Assembly (NCBI GenBank): GCA_015065165.1
Contig: SVQU01000001.1
Location: 36,632 to 100,631 of the forward strand
DNA length: 64,000 nt
Reading direction: 5' to 3'
From: Oscillospiraceae bacterium
GTDB lineage: Bacteria > Bacillota > Clostridia > Oscillospirales > CAG-382
Under the pieces are notes generated by a model, which searched no databases, was not told the origin of the DNA, and worked only from the letters and a program-made list of their open reading frames with translations. Each line of letters starts with the position of its first letter. Position 1 is the first letter of the stretch. Position numbers and translations under genes: made by a program. Below are positions 26,857-36,649 of this stretch, piece after piece.

Positions 26857-27588
26857 CTAAATGAATATATCGATGGCAGAAAACAATACAAAACCAAATA
26901 CAAACGAATAGGTTTCTGTGCTGTGTTTATCAATAAGCTTCAGTAAAAGCTTTGCGAAAATCAACGTACCTATAACAATACCAAGAAATATATATATTAG
27001 AAAATACACGTCAAGGGAATTTATTGCGTTTATGAATGAATCATAAATTCCGAAAAACAATAACATATAAGAAAAACTTATTGCCGGTAACACTAATGCA
27101 AGCGAAAGAGAAAAGCCTATAAAAAATAGATTTATATAACCATATTCAATTGCGTTAATGTTACAAAAATGAAAAAGAAAAGACAGAAAAAAAGCAATCA
27201 ATATTCCGCATAAAAAGCATATTATGGTTATAAAAGTCTTTTTGCCCTTAAGATTTATTCTCGCAAAGTAAATTGAGCTTATCAACGATATAATACAAAA
27301 GAAAAATTTAGATGATTTAGGGAATTCTGCCAAGAAGTATTCTAAAGGGTATGAAATTATAAATACGCCTAATACCGCACCAATGAAAATGGGAAAGAGA
27401 AGATATAATGATTTTCGTATATGTTTGAAGAAATTGGCTGTACTTTCCAATATTTCTTCGAACACACCGATTAACATCGCTACCGTTCCTCCACTGACAC
27501 CGGGAACCAGAGTTCCACCCCCTATAAGAATACCCTTAAGGATATTAAACAAAGCAATTTTTATCGAAATCAAAACGCTCTCTCCCAC
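26857..27588 (-). CDS. DUF368-family membrane protein (candidate polyprenyl-phosphate transporter family)
   Basis: N-terminal signature GTLVPGVSGGTVAMLIGVFEEIL, polytopic. The start is uncertain: GTG at 27588, or TTG at 27573 after GGGAGAG. Confidence 0.7.
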   Translation of the reverse strand: MGESVLISIKIALFNILKGILIGGGTLVPGVSGGTVAMLIGVFEEILESTANFFKHIRKSLYLLFPIFIGAVLGVFIISYPLEYFLAEFPKSSKFFFCIISLISSIYFARINLKGKKTFITIICFLCGILIAFFLSFLFHFCNINAIEYGYINLFFIGFSLSLALVLPAISFSYMLLFFGIYDSFINAINSLDVYFLIYIFLGIVIGTLIFAKLLLKLIDKHSTETYSFVFGFVLFSAIDIFI

Positions 27589-27634
27589 AGAATAAAAAAT
27601 AAAAAAATACTGCTAAATATATATTCATTTTCTA

Positions 27635-27663
27635 TTGACAAAATGTTTAATTTCTTGTATTAT
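27635..27663 (+). promoter_or_regulatory. Sigma-A type promoter of potABCD
   Basis: TTGACA-17 nt-TATTAT. Confidence 0.55.
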
Positions 27664-27703
27664 CAAAGTGTTATATTATTATTTCGATATATGGAGAAAA
27701 GAA

Positions 27704-28837
27704 TTGAACAAACGCGAATCCGGTGCTTTTTTGCGCCTTCAAAACATCTCGGTTAAGTTTGATGATGACACAATACTTGATAATTTAAGCCTTGATATAA
27801 ACGAAAAGGAATTCGTTACGCTTTTGGGCCCCTCAGGTTGCGGTAAAACTACAACTTTGCGTATACTCGGCGGTTTTGTAACTCCCAATTGCGGCGACGT
27901 TTTGTTTGAAGGCAAACGTATAAATGACGTTCCCTCTCACGAAAGACAGATAAACACTGTCTTTCAAAAGTATGCGCTTTTCACACATTTGAACGTTTAT
28001 GAAAATGTCGCTTTCGGTTTGCGTGTACAGAAGAAAAGCGAGAAAGAAATTCAAGAAACCGTTCACGAAATGTTAGAGCTTGTTAACCTTAAAGGTTTTG
28101 ATAGACGAAATATTAATTCCTTAAGTGGCGGTCAGCAGCAGCGCGTTGCTATCGCGCGTGCTTTGGCGGTAAAACCTCGCGTTTTGCTTTTGGATGAGCC
28201 CCTTGGCGCTTTGGACCTTAAGCTAAGAAAAGATATGCAAAACGAACTTAAGGGTATACAGCAACGTCTTGGAATTACCTTTGTTTACGTTACTCACGAC
28301 CAGGAAGAAGCGCTCTCTATGTCGGATACTGTCGTTGTAATGGATAGCGGTAAAATTCAACAAATTGGCACTCCTTTGGATATTTATAACGAACCTGAAA
28401 ATGCGTTTGTTGCCGATTTTATTGGCGAAAGTAACATTATCGACGGCATAATGCTTGAAGACTTTAAGGTTTCGATGGCGGGCAAAACCTTTGACTGTCT
28501 GGACAAAGGCTTTGCTAAAAACGAGCCCGTTGACGTTGTTGTTCGTCCGGAAGACGTGGATGTTGTTCCTGTTGAAAAAGGTATGCTCTCGGGCGAGGTT
28601 ACAAGCGTTACCTTCAAAGGTGTTCATTTTGAAATTATCGTTGACATTAACGGCTTTAAATGGATGATACAAACCACCGATTTTGAACCCGTTGGAGCAA
28701 AAATCGGTTTGTATATCGAGCCTGATGCAATCCATATCATGAAAAAGAGCGAATATTCGGGTATGTTCGGAGATTATAGCTCCTTTAGTGATGAACTTGA
28801 AAAACTTTCTGAGAATATAGAGGATGAAGATGAATAA
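27704..28837 (+). CDS. potA: Spermidine/putrescine ABC transporter ATPase
   Basis: Motifs [24 protein letters not shown] and [10 protein letters not shown], with a PotA-type C-terminal regulatory domain. I chose the TTG at 27704, after GGAG; the ORF track starts at 27635, inside the promoter. Confidence 0.85.
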   Translation: MNKRESGAFLRLQNISVKFDDDTILDNLSLDINEKEFVTLLGPSGCGKTTTLRILGGFVTPNCGDVLFEGKRINDVPSHERQINTVFQKYALFTHLNVYENVAFGLRVQKKSEKEIQETVHEMLELVNLKGFDRRNINSLSGGQQQRVAIARALAVKPRVLLLDEPLGALDLKLRKDMQNELKGIQQRLGITFVYVTHDQEEALSMSDTVVVMDSGKIQQIGTPLDIYNEPENAFVADFIGESNIIDGIMLEDFKVSMAGKTFDCLDKGFAKNEPVDVVVRPEDVDVVPVEKGMLSGEVTSVTFKGVHFEIIVDINGFKWMIQTTDFEPVGAKIGLYIEPDAIHIMKKSEYSGMFGDYSSFSDELEKLSENIEDEDE

Positions 28838-29663
28838 GCGTTCTTCTTTACTTCAAAAATTTGTTGCGGCGCCTTATATTGTTTGGTCTGTTTTGTTTAT
28901 AGTTGTTCCGCTTGTGATGGTTGTTTACTATACCTTTACCGACAGCAACGCCAAATTTACATTAGACAATATTTATACTCTTTTAGAGCCTGACTATGTC
29001 TCTATTTTCGTTCGTTCTGTGGCATATTCATTTATCGCAACTGTGGTTTGCTTGATTATAGCGTTTCCTCTCGCTTATTTCATTTCTCAATCTAAGCCCA
29101 CCACACAGAAAACTGCAATGATGTTGATTATGCTTCCTATGTGGACTAATTTGATTATCAGAACATTTTCTTTAAGCAATATCATTGCGGATGAGGGTGT
29201 TATTAACAGCCTTCTTCAGTCTATCGGCTTGCAAATTCATATGATTGACAGCCCCTTTGCCGTTATTTTGGGTATGGTATACAACTATTTACCTTTTATG
29301 GCGTTGCCTATCTACACCGTTATTTCTAAACTGGATAAAAACGTTGTAGAAGCGGCGCAGGATTTGGGTTGTAATAAATTTATGGTTATTACCAAGATAA
29401 TTATGCCTCTTTCCAAAAGTGGTATCATTTCGGGCATTACCATGGTATTTGTTCCTGCGATTAGTACGTTCTACATCTCTCAAAAACTCGGTGGCACAAA
29501 CAGCCGTCTTATCGGTGAAGAAATTGAAGCTGCATTTATGAGCAGCGGAGATAAGAACTTTGGTAGTGCTATCTCTCTTGTTTTGATGATTTTGATTATG
29601 CTTTCTATCGCTGTAATGAATAAGTTTTCGGATGATGAAGAGGATGGAGGTATGATACTGTGA
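28824..29663 (+). CDS. potB: Spermidine/putrescine ABC permease
   Basis: 279 aa, 6 TM helices, EAA-loop region [12 protein letters not shown]. Overlaps the end of potA. Confidence 0.85.
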   Translation: MKMNKRSSLLQKFVAAPYIVWSVLFIVVPLVMVVYYTFTDSNAKFTLDNIYTLLEPDYVSIFVRSVAYSFIATVVCLIIAFPLAYFISQSKPTTQKTAMMLIMLPMWTNLIIRTFSLSNIIADEGVINSLLQSIGLQIHMIDSPFAVILGMVYNYLPFMALPIYTVISKLDKNVVEAAQDLGCNKFMVITKIIMPLSKSGIISGITMVFVPAISTFYISQKLGGTNSRLIGEEIEAAFMSSGDKNFGSAISLVLMILIMLSIAVMNKFSDDEEDGGMIL

Positions 29664-30469
29664 AGCATTTATCGCGAATTTATATCTCTTTGATTTTTCT
29701 TCTTTTGTATGCACCTATTATTGTAATGGTAATCTTTTCCTTTAACTCAAGCGAGAGTCTTAGTGTTTTCGAAGGCTTTTCGTTAAAGAACTACCAAGAG
29801 GTATTTAGAAACTCTGAGGTTATCGGAGCGTTCAAGAATACTTTAATTCTTGCTGTTGCTACTGCGGCGATTTCAGGAATTCTCGGCACTGCTGCGGCGG
29901 TTGGCATAAGTAGAATGAGGGCTAGGTATATACGCAGAAGCGTTTTGTCTGTTACCAACATACCTATGATGAACCCCGATATAGTAACCGGTGTGTCTTT
30001 GATGTTGCTTTTCGTTTCTGCCGGTACTATTATCGGTCTCGAAACTACGTTAAGCTTTTGGACGTTACTGATTGCACACGTAACCTTTAGTTTACCTTAT
30101 GTTATTTTATCTGTATTGCCTAAGATAAAACAGATGGATAAACACCTTACAGAAGCCGCTATGGATTTGGGCTGTACGCCTTTAAGCGCCTTTTTTAAGG
30201 TTGAATTGCCTTGCATAATGCCCGGTGTTGTTTCGGGTATGCTTATGGCGTTTACTTTGTCCTTGGATGACTTTTTAATTAGTTATTTTGTAACTGGAAG
30301 CGGTTTCCAGACACTGCCTATTTACATTTATTCGGCTGTTAAGCGTGGTGTTCGTCCCTCCCTTTATGCCGCAAATACCATTATTGTCCTTGCTGTTTTA
30401 GTATTGCTGATTCTTATAAACTTTGTTGGCGATAAAGACGATAAGCCTAAGGCAAGAAAGGAGAAATAG
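29660..30469 (+). CDS. potC: Spermidine/putrescine ABC permease
   Basis: 269 aa, EAA-loop TEAAMDLGCTPL. The GTG start overlaps the potB stop. Confidence 0.85.
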   Translation: MKHLSRIYISLIFLLLYAPIIVMVIFSFNSSESLSVFEGFSLKNYQEVFRNSEVIGAFKNTLILAVATAAISGILGTAAAVGISRMRARYIRRSVLSVTNIPMMNPDIVTGVSLMLLFVSAGTIIGLETTLSFWTLLIAHVTFSLPYVILSVLPKIKQMDKHLTEAAMDLGCTPLSAFFKVELPCIMPGVVSGMLMAFTLSLDDFLISYFVTGSGFQTLPIYIYSAVKRGVRPSLYAANTIIVLAVLVLLILINFVGDKDDKPKARKEK

Positions 30470-30471
30470 GA

Positions 30472-31728
30472 TTGAAAAGATTTATACCTTTTGTTCTTTC
30501 TTTGTTGTTTCTTGCCACTTCGGCTCTTTGTGGATGCGGCGAAGTTGAAGAAATGGAAATTGAATATGCCGAAGGAACATTAAACTTTGATTATTCCGAG
30601 CTTTCGGGCACGGAGGTTAAGGTTTATAACTGGGGCAACTATATTTCCGATGGTGCTGACGGCACAATTGACGTCAATGAAGAATTCGAAAAGCTTACCG
30701 GTATTAAGGTTATTTATGATAACTATGATTCCAATGAGAGCTTATATGCAAAGCTTGCGAGCGGCGGTGCCGATTACGACGTTGTAATCCCTTCGGATTA
30801 TATGATTGGACGTTTGATTTCCGAAGGATATCTTGAAGAAATTAATTTTTCCAATATCCCCAACTATGAATTCATAGACCAGGCGTATAAGAATACTCAG
30901 TATGACCCCGAAAACAGATACAGTGTGCCTTATAACGTGGGTAAGGTAGGTATCATATATAACACCTATATGGTCGAAGGTACTCCCACAAGCTGGTCAT
31001 TAATGTGGGATGAGAATTATAAAGGAAAGATTTTAAACTTCAATAACTCCCGCGATGCTTTCGCTATTGCTCAGTTTTATAATGGTATAGACATAAACAC
31101 CACCGATAAAGCAGAGCTGGATAAAGCCTTTGATTCCTTGGTGGAACAAAAGCAAATTCTTCAAAGTTACGTAATGGATGAGGTTTTCAACAAGATGGAA
31201 AGCGGCGAAGCTGCTATCGCCCCGTATTACGCAGGCGATTTCTTCACTATGTATGGTAACAATGAAGATTTGGCTTTCTATTATCCCGAAGAAGGCACCA
31301 ACGTATTCATTGATGCGGCATGTGTTTTAAAGGGTGCAAAAAATAAAAAGGCGGCAGAGCTTTATATCAATTTCTTGATGGACCCTGCTATCGCTCAGGC
31401 TAATGCCGAATATATTTATTACGCTTCGCCTAATACCGAGGTAATTAAGAACGAAGATTATCTTGCATTTCTTGAAGAATTGCATCCTGATGCATATGAT
31501 ATTCTTTATGGCGACGTTGATAATCCAAAGGATGATTCCTTTATCGATTTACCCGCTGAAACCAAATCTTATATGACAGAGAAATGGACACAATTAGGCG
31601 CAACCTCCACCGAGGAAAGCGGCAATGATATTGTTTACGGAATCTGTATAGTGCTTCTTGCCTTAATAATGTTCTGGTTTGCTTTTTCCACGGTGAGAAA
31701 GAAGACGCGCGAAAGAATGTACGATTAA
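30472..31728 (+). CDS. potD: Spermidine/putrescine-binding lipoprotein with an additional C-terminal TM helix
   Basis: Lipobox region LATSALCGCG and a PotD-like body (VYNWGNYI, YDVVIPSDYM). The extra C-terminal hydrophobic helix is IVYGICIVLLALIMFWFAFSTV, followed by RKKTRER. Confidence 0.8.
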   Translation: MKRFIPFVLSLLFLATSALCGCGEVEEMEIEYAEGTLNFDYSELSGTEVKVYNWGNYISDGADGTIDVNEEFEKLTGIKVIYDNYDSNESLYAKLASGGADYDVVIPSDYMIGRLISEGYLEEINFSNIPNYEFIDQAYKNTQYDPENRYSVPYNVGKVGIIYNTYMVEGTPTSWSLMWDENYKGKILNFNNSRDAFAIAQFYNGIDINTTDKAELDKAFDSLVEQKQILQSYVMDEVFNKMESGEAAIAPYYAGDFFTMYGNNEDLAFYYPEEGTNVFIDAACVLKGAKNKKAAELYINFLMDPAIAQANAEYIYYASPNTEVIKNEDYLAFLEELHPDAYDILYGDVDNPKDDSFIDLPAETKSYMTEKWTQLGATSTEESGNDIVYGICIVLLALIMFWFAFSTVRKKTRERMYD

Positions 31729-31740
31729 ATCTAAAAGAAA

Positions 31741-31764
31741 AACCGCCCAAAAGGCGGTTTTTTT
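31741..31764. terminator. Bidirectional intrinsic terminator between potD and rsmA
   Basis: Stem AACCGCC/GGCGGTT with an A-run upstream and a T-run downstream. Confidence 0.7.
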
Positions 31765-32587
31765 AATTTATAGCTTTATAAATTTCATCGGCAATTTTGC
31801 AAAATCCTTTAATATCAAGCTCTTCGCCACGTACGGTCTCGGAATAACCGCATCCTATGATTATTGATGATAGCAATTCTTTGGATAATGAACTTCCGAA
31901 GAAGGAATTTAAAGAATTTAAAAGTGTTTTTCGTCTTTGTAAAAAAGCCGCTTTAATCACAGAAAATAAAATATCTTTATTGGCGGGGGCAACAGGCGGT
32001 TTTTCGTATACGTCAAAGCGTATAACAGCACTGTCAACATTAGGCTTGGGATCGAATGAGCCTGCTTTTACGGTAAAAAGACGTTTTACAGATGCGTAAT
32101 AACTTATTGATGCAGTAATTGCACCATAACCGGCGGTTCCTGCTTTGGAACAAAAACGTTCCGCAACCTCTTTTTGAACCATAACGGTTATTGTTTTAAA
32201 GCCATATTCACCCTCAAGAAGCTTCATTACTATATCGGTTGTGATGTAATAGGGAAGATTTGCGCAAACACAAACGTTCCTGCCTTCGAATTCGTTTTTA
32301 ATTAATTCATTTACATCTGTCTTAAGTATATCGGCATTAATTACCTTTACATTTTCGCATCCTGAAAGCTTTTCGGGGAGAATGTCCATAAGCTCGGTGT
32401 CGATTTCAATAGCCACAACCTTGTGTGCAATTGCGCTCAATTCGCGGGTAAGAATTCCAAAGCCGGGCCCTATTTCTATAACGCAATCCTCGGATGTGAT
32501 TCCGCTTTCTGCCGCTATTCTTTTAGGTATAGCAGAACTTGTCAAAAAGTTCTGCCCATATTGTTTTTTCTTTTTAAATTCTGTCAT
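31763..32587 (-). CDS. rsmA: 16S rRNA (adenine1518/1519-N6)-dimethyltransferase
   Basis: Motifs KKQYGQNFL, VIEIGPGFGILT and ANLPYYITT. Confidence 0.9.
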   Translation of the reverse strand: MTEFKKKKQYGQNFLTSSAIPKRIAAESGITSEDCVIEIGPGFGILTRELSAIAHKVVAIEIDTELMDILPEKLSGCENVKVINADILKTDVNELIKNEFEGRNVCVCANLPYYITTDIVMKLLEGEYGFKTITVMVQKEVAERFCSKAGTAGYGAITASISYYASVKRLFTVKAGSFDPKPNVDSAVIRFDVYEKPPVAPANKDILFSVIKAAFLQRRKTLLNSLNSFFGSSLSKELLSSIIIGCGYSETVRGEELDIKGFCKIADEIYKAIN

Positions 32588-33144
32588 TATTCTTTATCGA
32601 TAATAGTAAGGAATTTTGCGGTACCTTCAATAGCAAACTGTCCGTGAGGAATAGAAGGCGAGAAGTAAATTGAATCGCCTGCGGAAAGCTGGAAATCTCT
32701 ATTCCCAATTGTAACACCTAATTTTCCTTCGAGGACGTAGTTGAATTCCTGTCCGGAGTGAGTTACAAGCGCAGGGTGTTCGTCCGATTCGGAAATGGTA
32801 ACAATCATAGGTTCTTTATCTCTACCTATGTAGTTATGCGCAAGCGCCTCAAAAGAATAGCCGGGGAAGCGTTCAATAATAACGCCTGCATTCTTACGGG
32901 TAATGCAATATTCTGCCATGCGAGGAGCTTCACCAATGATTAACTCTGTAGGGTCAACACCCAATACCGCAGCGGTGGAATAAATGATACTTATAGGAAT
33001 ATCCTTTTCGCCGTTCTCGTATTGCAAATACGTTTCCAAGGGTAAAGAAATGGCATTTGCAACTTCTTCTGCGGTCATATCTACAGCATCGCGAAGATAC
33101 TTAATTCTATCGGCTATTTGTTTGATTTGTTCGTTAACGTTCAT
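32587..33144 (-). CDS. XRE-family HTH regulator with C-terminal cupin domain (PuuR-like architecture)
   Basis: 185 aa. N-terminal HTH (IKYLRDAVDMTAEEVANAISL) and a cupin region (HSGQEFNYVLEG...GDSIYFSPSIPHG). Its stop overlaps the rsmA ATG (TAATG). Confidence 0.8.
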   Translation of the reverse strand: MNVNEQIKQIADRIKYLRDAVDMTAEEVANAISLPLETYLQYENGEKDIPISIIYSTAAVLGVDPTELIIGEAPRMAEYCITRKNAGVIIERFPGYSFEALAHNYIGRDKEPMIVTISESDEHPALVTHSGQEFNYVLEGKLGVTIGNRDFQLSAGDSIYFSPSIPHGQFAIEGTAKFLTIIDKE

Positions 33145-33197
33145 AAAAACTCTCCGTTAAGTTATTTGCCTTATTATAACATTATAGGAATATATAG

Positions 33198-33992
33198 TCA
33201 AGATTTAAAATCTATATTATCCAATACAATCTTTCTGCCTTTATACGAAAAAGCATATTTTTTGAATTCTTCCTCCGAAAGGGACATAATAAATTCTTTA
33301 TCTATCCGTGAAATTCTCGTATCGCTAAAATAGGGCATGGGTGAAATTTTTGCATTTGAATTATGAGGGCATACGTTTTGACAGATATCGCACCCCCATA
33401 CAATATTATGCTCTTTTAAAAGCGCTATTTCATCTTGTGTTTTTGCTTTCTTTTGGGAAATGCCCGAAAGGCATTTATTTCTGTCAATTCCGCGCTCTAA
33501 AATAGCATTGTTGGGACATGAAGCAATACATAATCCGCAATTATTACAATATGCAATATCCTCTGCCTTGGAATCGCATATAAAATCGGTTAAAATTGAA
33601 CCGAGGAAAACAAAGCTTCCGAACTCTTTATCAAAAAACAAAGAGTTTCTTCCGATGAACCCAAGACCGCATTTCGCGGCGGCAAGCTTTTCATTGATGG
33701 GTGAGTGGTCGCAGAAGCCCTTGAATTTAAAATTTAAATTCTCGGATAATTCTGCCGTTATGCTTGTGTATAGGCTTTGGCAGAAGTTGTGATAATCGTA
33801 AATTCTTGCATATTCCGAAAAGCCGTCGGTTGCACTATCATTTGTGGAACGATAGGGAATACAGAATATTATTGCGGATTTTGACCATTCCGGTAATATA
33901 CGTTGGTTGATAATATCACATTCTTTGATATCGATAATACCTATTCTTGTAAGATTGTGCCTTGCCAAGATATTTTTTATTAAATCAAACAT
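33198..33992 (-). CDS. queG: Epoxyqueuosine reductase-like 4Fe-4S protein (short QueG type)
   Basis: Two ferredoxin motifs (CNNCGLCIASCP, CDICQNVCP) and the QueG-like block AAKCGLGFIGRNSLF. Shorter than classical QueG. Confidence 0.65.
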   Translation of the reverse strand: MFDLIKNILARHNLTRIGIIDIKECDIINQRILPEWSKSAIIFCIPYRSTNDSATDGFSEYARIYDYHNFCQSLYTSITAELSENLNFKFKGFCDHSPINEKLAAAKCGLGFIGRNSLFFDKEFGSFVFLGSILTDFICDSKAEDIAYCNNCGLCIASCPNNAILERGIDRNKCLSGISQKKAKTQDEIALLKEHNIVWGCDICQNVCPHNSNAKISPMPYFSDTRISRIDKEFIMSLSEEEFKKYAFSYKGRKIVLDNIDFKS

Positions 33993-34066
33993 AAATACCT
34001 CTTTAAGAAAGGATATAGAAAAACAGGCGTACCGAATAATCGGACGCCTGTATATTTGACTTTGAA

Positions 34067-34387
34067 TTAGTCGGTGATATAAGGGATAAGTGCAAGGTGT
34101 CTTGCTCTCTTAACAGCGATGGTGAGCTGTCTCTGGTGACGAGCGCAAGTACCGGTAACTCTGCGGGGAAGAATCTTAGCACGTTCAGAAAGGTTCTTGC
34201 TGAAACGTCTAACGTCTTTATAGTCGATGTAATCAACTTTATCTGCGCAGAAAGCACAAACTTTCTTTCTTCTCTTGTTGCGGAAAGAAGCTCTGTCGGA
34301 GCGCTGTTCGCGAGGTTCTCTGTTTTCCTTAACTTCTGCATCTGCAGCAACAGTAGCCTCGGTGTTAACGATCTGTTCGTTTTCCAT
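34067..34387 (-). CDS. rpsR: 30S ribosomal protein S18
   Basis: The C-terminal 70 aa are canonical ([53 protein letters not shown]). There is an N-terminal extension. Confidence 0.9.
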   Translation of the reverse strand: MENEQIVNTEATVAADAEVKENREPREQRSDRASFRNKRRKKVCAFCADKVDYIDYKDVRRFSKNLSERAKILPRRVTGTCARHQRQLTIAVKRARHLALIPYITD

Positions 34388-34411
34388 TTTAAAATCCTCC
34401 TTATAAAGTAA

Positions 34412-34843
34412 TTAGAAGGGCAATTCGTCGTCTGCGGAAAGGTCCTCAAAACCGGAATCTGCCGTAGGTGTGCTGTAGGTGGGGATATTGTTTTGAGGCA
34501 TTCCTTGGTTAGGTGCTCCATCGGACTTGCGGTCAACGAAGGAAACTTCGTCTGCAACAATTTCGGTAGCGTAATGCTTAACGTTATTATTGTCAGTCCA
34601 ATTGCGGTTTTGCAAAGTGCCCGAAACAAGAATAGGTCTGCCCTTTGTGAAGAAGCGAGAAACAAATTCTGCTGTTTGTCTCCAAGCAACAATATTGAAA
34701 AAGTCGGTCTGCGCCTGTTCGCCGGAACGAGCTCTTCTGTTAACGGCAATGCTAAAACGCGTTACAGAAACACCGTTGGGGGTTGTTTTTAATTCGGGAT
34801 CGGCAACTAAATTGCCAACTAAAATAACTTTGTTAAATGCCAT
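34412..34843 (-). CDS. ssb: Single-stranded DNA-binding protein
   Basis: Starts MAFNKVILVGNLVADPELK, OB fold, acidic tail DDELPF. Confidence 0.95.
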   Translation of the reverse strand: MAFNKVILVGNLVADPELKTTPNGVSVTRFSIAVNRRARSGEQAQTDFFNIVAWRQTAEFVSRFFTKGRPILVSGTLQNRNWTDNNNVKHYATEIVADEVSFVDRKSDGAPNQGMPQNNIPTYSTPTADSGFEDLSADDELPF

Positions 34844-34879
34844 TTTTATACCTCACTTTCAGCGAATGAAGTCGCTAAG

Positions 34880-35167
34880 TTACTGTTCGCACTTAACGAT
34901 GAGCGAACGAAGAATACCATCGGTAATATTATAAATTCTGTCCAATTCAGCGGGGAACTCAGGCGCCGACGCGAATTTAACGAGAACATAATAACCTTCG
35001 GTAAGATCTTCGATGGGGTACGCGAACTTTCTGTTGCCCCATTCTTCAACCTTTTCGACTTCTGCATTAGAGCCGATAAGAGAAGTGAACTTTTCAACGA
35101 GAGCCTTAACGGTTTCTTCGCCGAGAGAGCTGTTGGCAACGAAAATTGTTTCGTACTTGTTCATCAT
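34880..35167 (-). CDS. rpsF: 30S ribosomal protein S6
   Basis: Contains NKYETIFVA...EEWGNRKFAYPI. First gene of rpsF-ssb-rpsR. Confidence 0.9.
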   Translation of the reverse strand: MMNKYETIFVANSSLGEETVKALVEKFTSLIGSNAEVEKVEEWGNRKFAYPIEDLTEGYYVLVKFASAPEFPAELDRIYNITDGILRSLIVKCEQ

Positions 35168-35298
35168 TTCTACACCTCCTTCTGGACTTTGACCCCGATT
35201 GTAACGGGGTAAGGAGAAAACACGAAGTTTTCATATCTTAAACATTATACAACAAAAATATCCGTTTGTCAACTAATTTTTATTGTATTTCGTTTTGT

Positions 35299-36414
35299 TT
35301 ATTGACCCTGATTATATCTCTTCAACAAACGACGGATTTTAGCTGCGCTGTCAAGCAAGGGAGATATGGATTCGTCATTGTTGAGGGTGCAAAGAATCTT
35401 TGCGATGAATTTACACATATCTACCTGTACAAACCAAGGACGTTTAAGAAGTTCGGGGGGAGCGTATGTAAGGTTTGTAGAGTAGAGCTTTTTAAGTTTG
35501 CCTTCTTCGTAAAGCTTGTCGAATTTATCCAAGCCTTTGGTAAAGAATGCAAAGGAAACTGCAGCATAAACGTCGCTAACGTTTTGCTTTTGGATTTCGT
35601 TGATAACGTCGATAACGGATTCGCCCGAAGCGATCATGTCATCGATAATAAGAACGCGCTTGCCCTCTAAAGAACCGCCGATGTATTCGTGCTGAACAAT
35701 GGGATTCTTACCATCTACGATTCTGGAGTGATCGCGTCTCTTATAGAACATACCAACATCCAAGCCGAGAACATTTGCATAGTAAATAGCTCTGTCCATA
35801 GCACCTGTATCGGGGCTGATAACTGTCATATTATCTCTGAATATATCATCGCCCTCATTCTGGATAAAGCGCTTGAGCATGGAATAAGTAGGATAAATAT
35901 TTTCAAAGGAGGTACCGGGAATTGCGTTGTAAATTGTGGAATCGTGTGCATCAAAGGTAAGGATGCAGTCTACACCGAGATGCTGCAGTTCTTCCAAAGA
36001 CTGTGCGCAGTCAAGAGATTCTCTGCCTTTTCTCTTGTGCTGACGGGAAGAATAAAGCAAGGGCATAAGAACGGTAACGCGACTTGCTTTGCCGCCGATT
36101 GCGGAAAGAACGCGCTTAATATCACTAAAGTGGTCATCGGGGCTCATGTGATTTTCAAAACCGCAAAGGTCATAGGTACAGCTGTAGTTACCTATGTCGC
36201 AAAGAATGTAAATATCTCTGCCGCGAACCGATGCGTTGATTTTCACTTTGCCTTCGCCATTGTTGAATCTAACTTCTTCAATGGGAATAATGTAGCTTTC
36301 GCCGTTTTCTTCGTTTCTTAACTGACGAATAAATTGGTCAACCTCAGCGCCCTGTTGCTTTAAGCTTTTGAGAACGATGAGACCCATTTTGCCGTGAGGG
36401 GAATTCTGAGCCAT
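35299..36414 (-). CDS. prs: Ribose-phosphate pyrophosphokinase family protein (long form)
   Basis: Motifs VLMPLLYSSRQHKR, DAHD, VISPDTGA and IIDDMIASGES. I chose the start at 36414 because of AAGGAG 7 nt upstream; the ORF track extends to 36546. Confidence 0.8.
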   Translation of the reverse strand: MAQNSPHGKMGLIVLKSLKQQGAEVDQFIRQLRNEENGESYIIPIEEVRFNNGEGKVKINASVRGRDIYILCDIGNYSCTYDLCGFENHMSPDDHFSDIKRVLSAIGGKASRVTVLMPLLYSSRQHKRKGRESLDCAQSLEELQHLGVDCILTFDAHDSTIYNAIPGTSFENIYPTYSMLKRFIQNEGDDIFRDNMTVISPDTGAMDRAIYYANVLGLDVGMFYKRRDHSRIVDGKNPIVQHEYIGGSLEGKRVLIIDDMIASGESVIDVINEIQKQNVSDVYAAVSFAFFTKGLDKFDKLYEEGKLKKLYSTNLTYAPPELLKRPWFVQVDMCKFIAKILCTLNNDESISPLLDSAAKIRRLLKRYNQGQ

Positions 36415-36584
36415 AATGACACTCCTTAAACATAAATTTTTGTCCATACATATTCTAACTAAATTCTTACAATTTGTATATTGCCAAAATTCACAAAATG
36501 AAAGATATTTTTCGTGATTTTTGGCAACAATTATCAAAACTTGCAATAATCTTTATTTTGTGCGAAAAATTTAACAACTTATAA

Positions 36585-36613
36585 TTGACATATTAATATA
36601 TATGTGTTATTCT
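36585..36613 (+). promoter_or_regulatory. recA promoter
   Basis: TTGACA-17 nt-TATTCT with an extended TGt. Confidence 0.6.
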
Positions 36614-36618
36614 GTATT

Positions 36619-36632
36619 AGAACAAAAGTTCG
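36619..36632. promoter_or_regulatory. LexA operator (Cheo/SOS box) at the recA promoter
   Basis: AGAACAAAAGTTCG fits the Firmicute consensus CGAAC-N4-GTTCG. It lies immediately downstream of the -10 element. Confidence 0.75.
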
Positions 36633-36649
36633 TATTGGAGGTATTTAAT

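Noticed and set aside
34003-34749. 248-aa minus-strand ORF spanning rpsR and ssb
   Set aside because: It is an out-of-frame overlap of two unmistakable conserved genes (S18 and SSB). Its composition is Leu/Pro/Thr-rich and it has no RBS.
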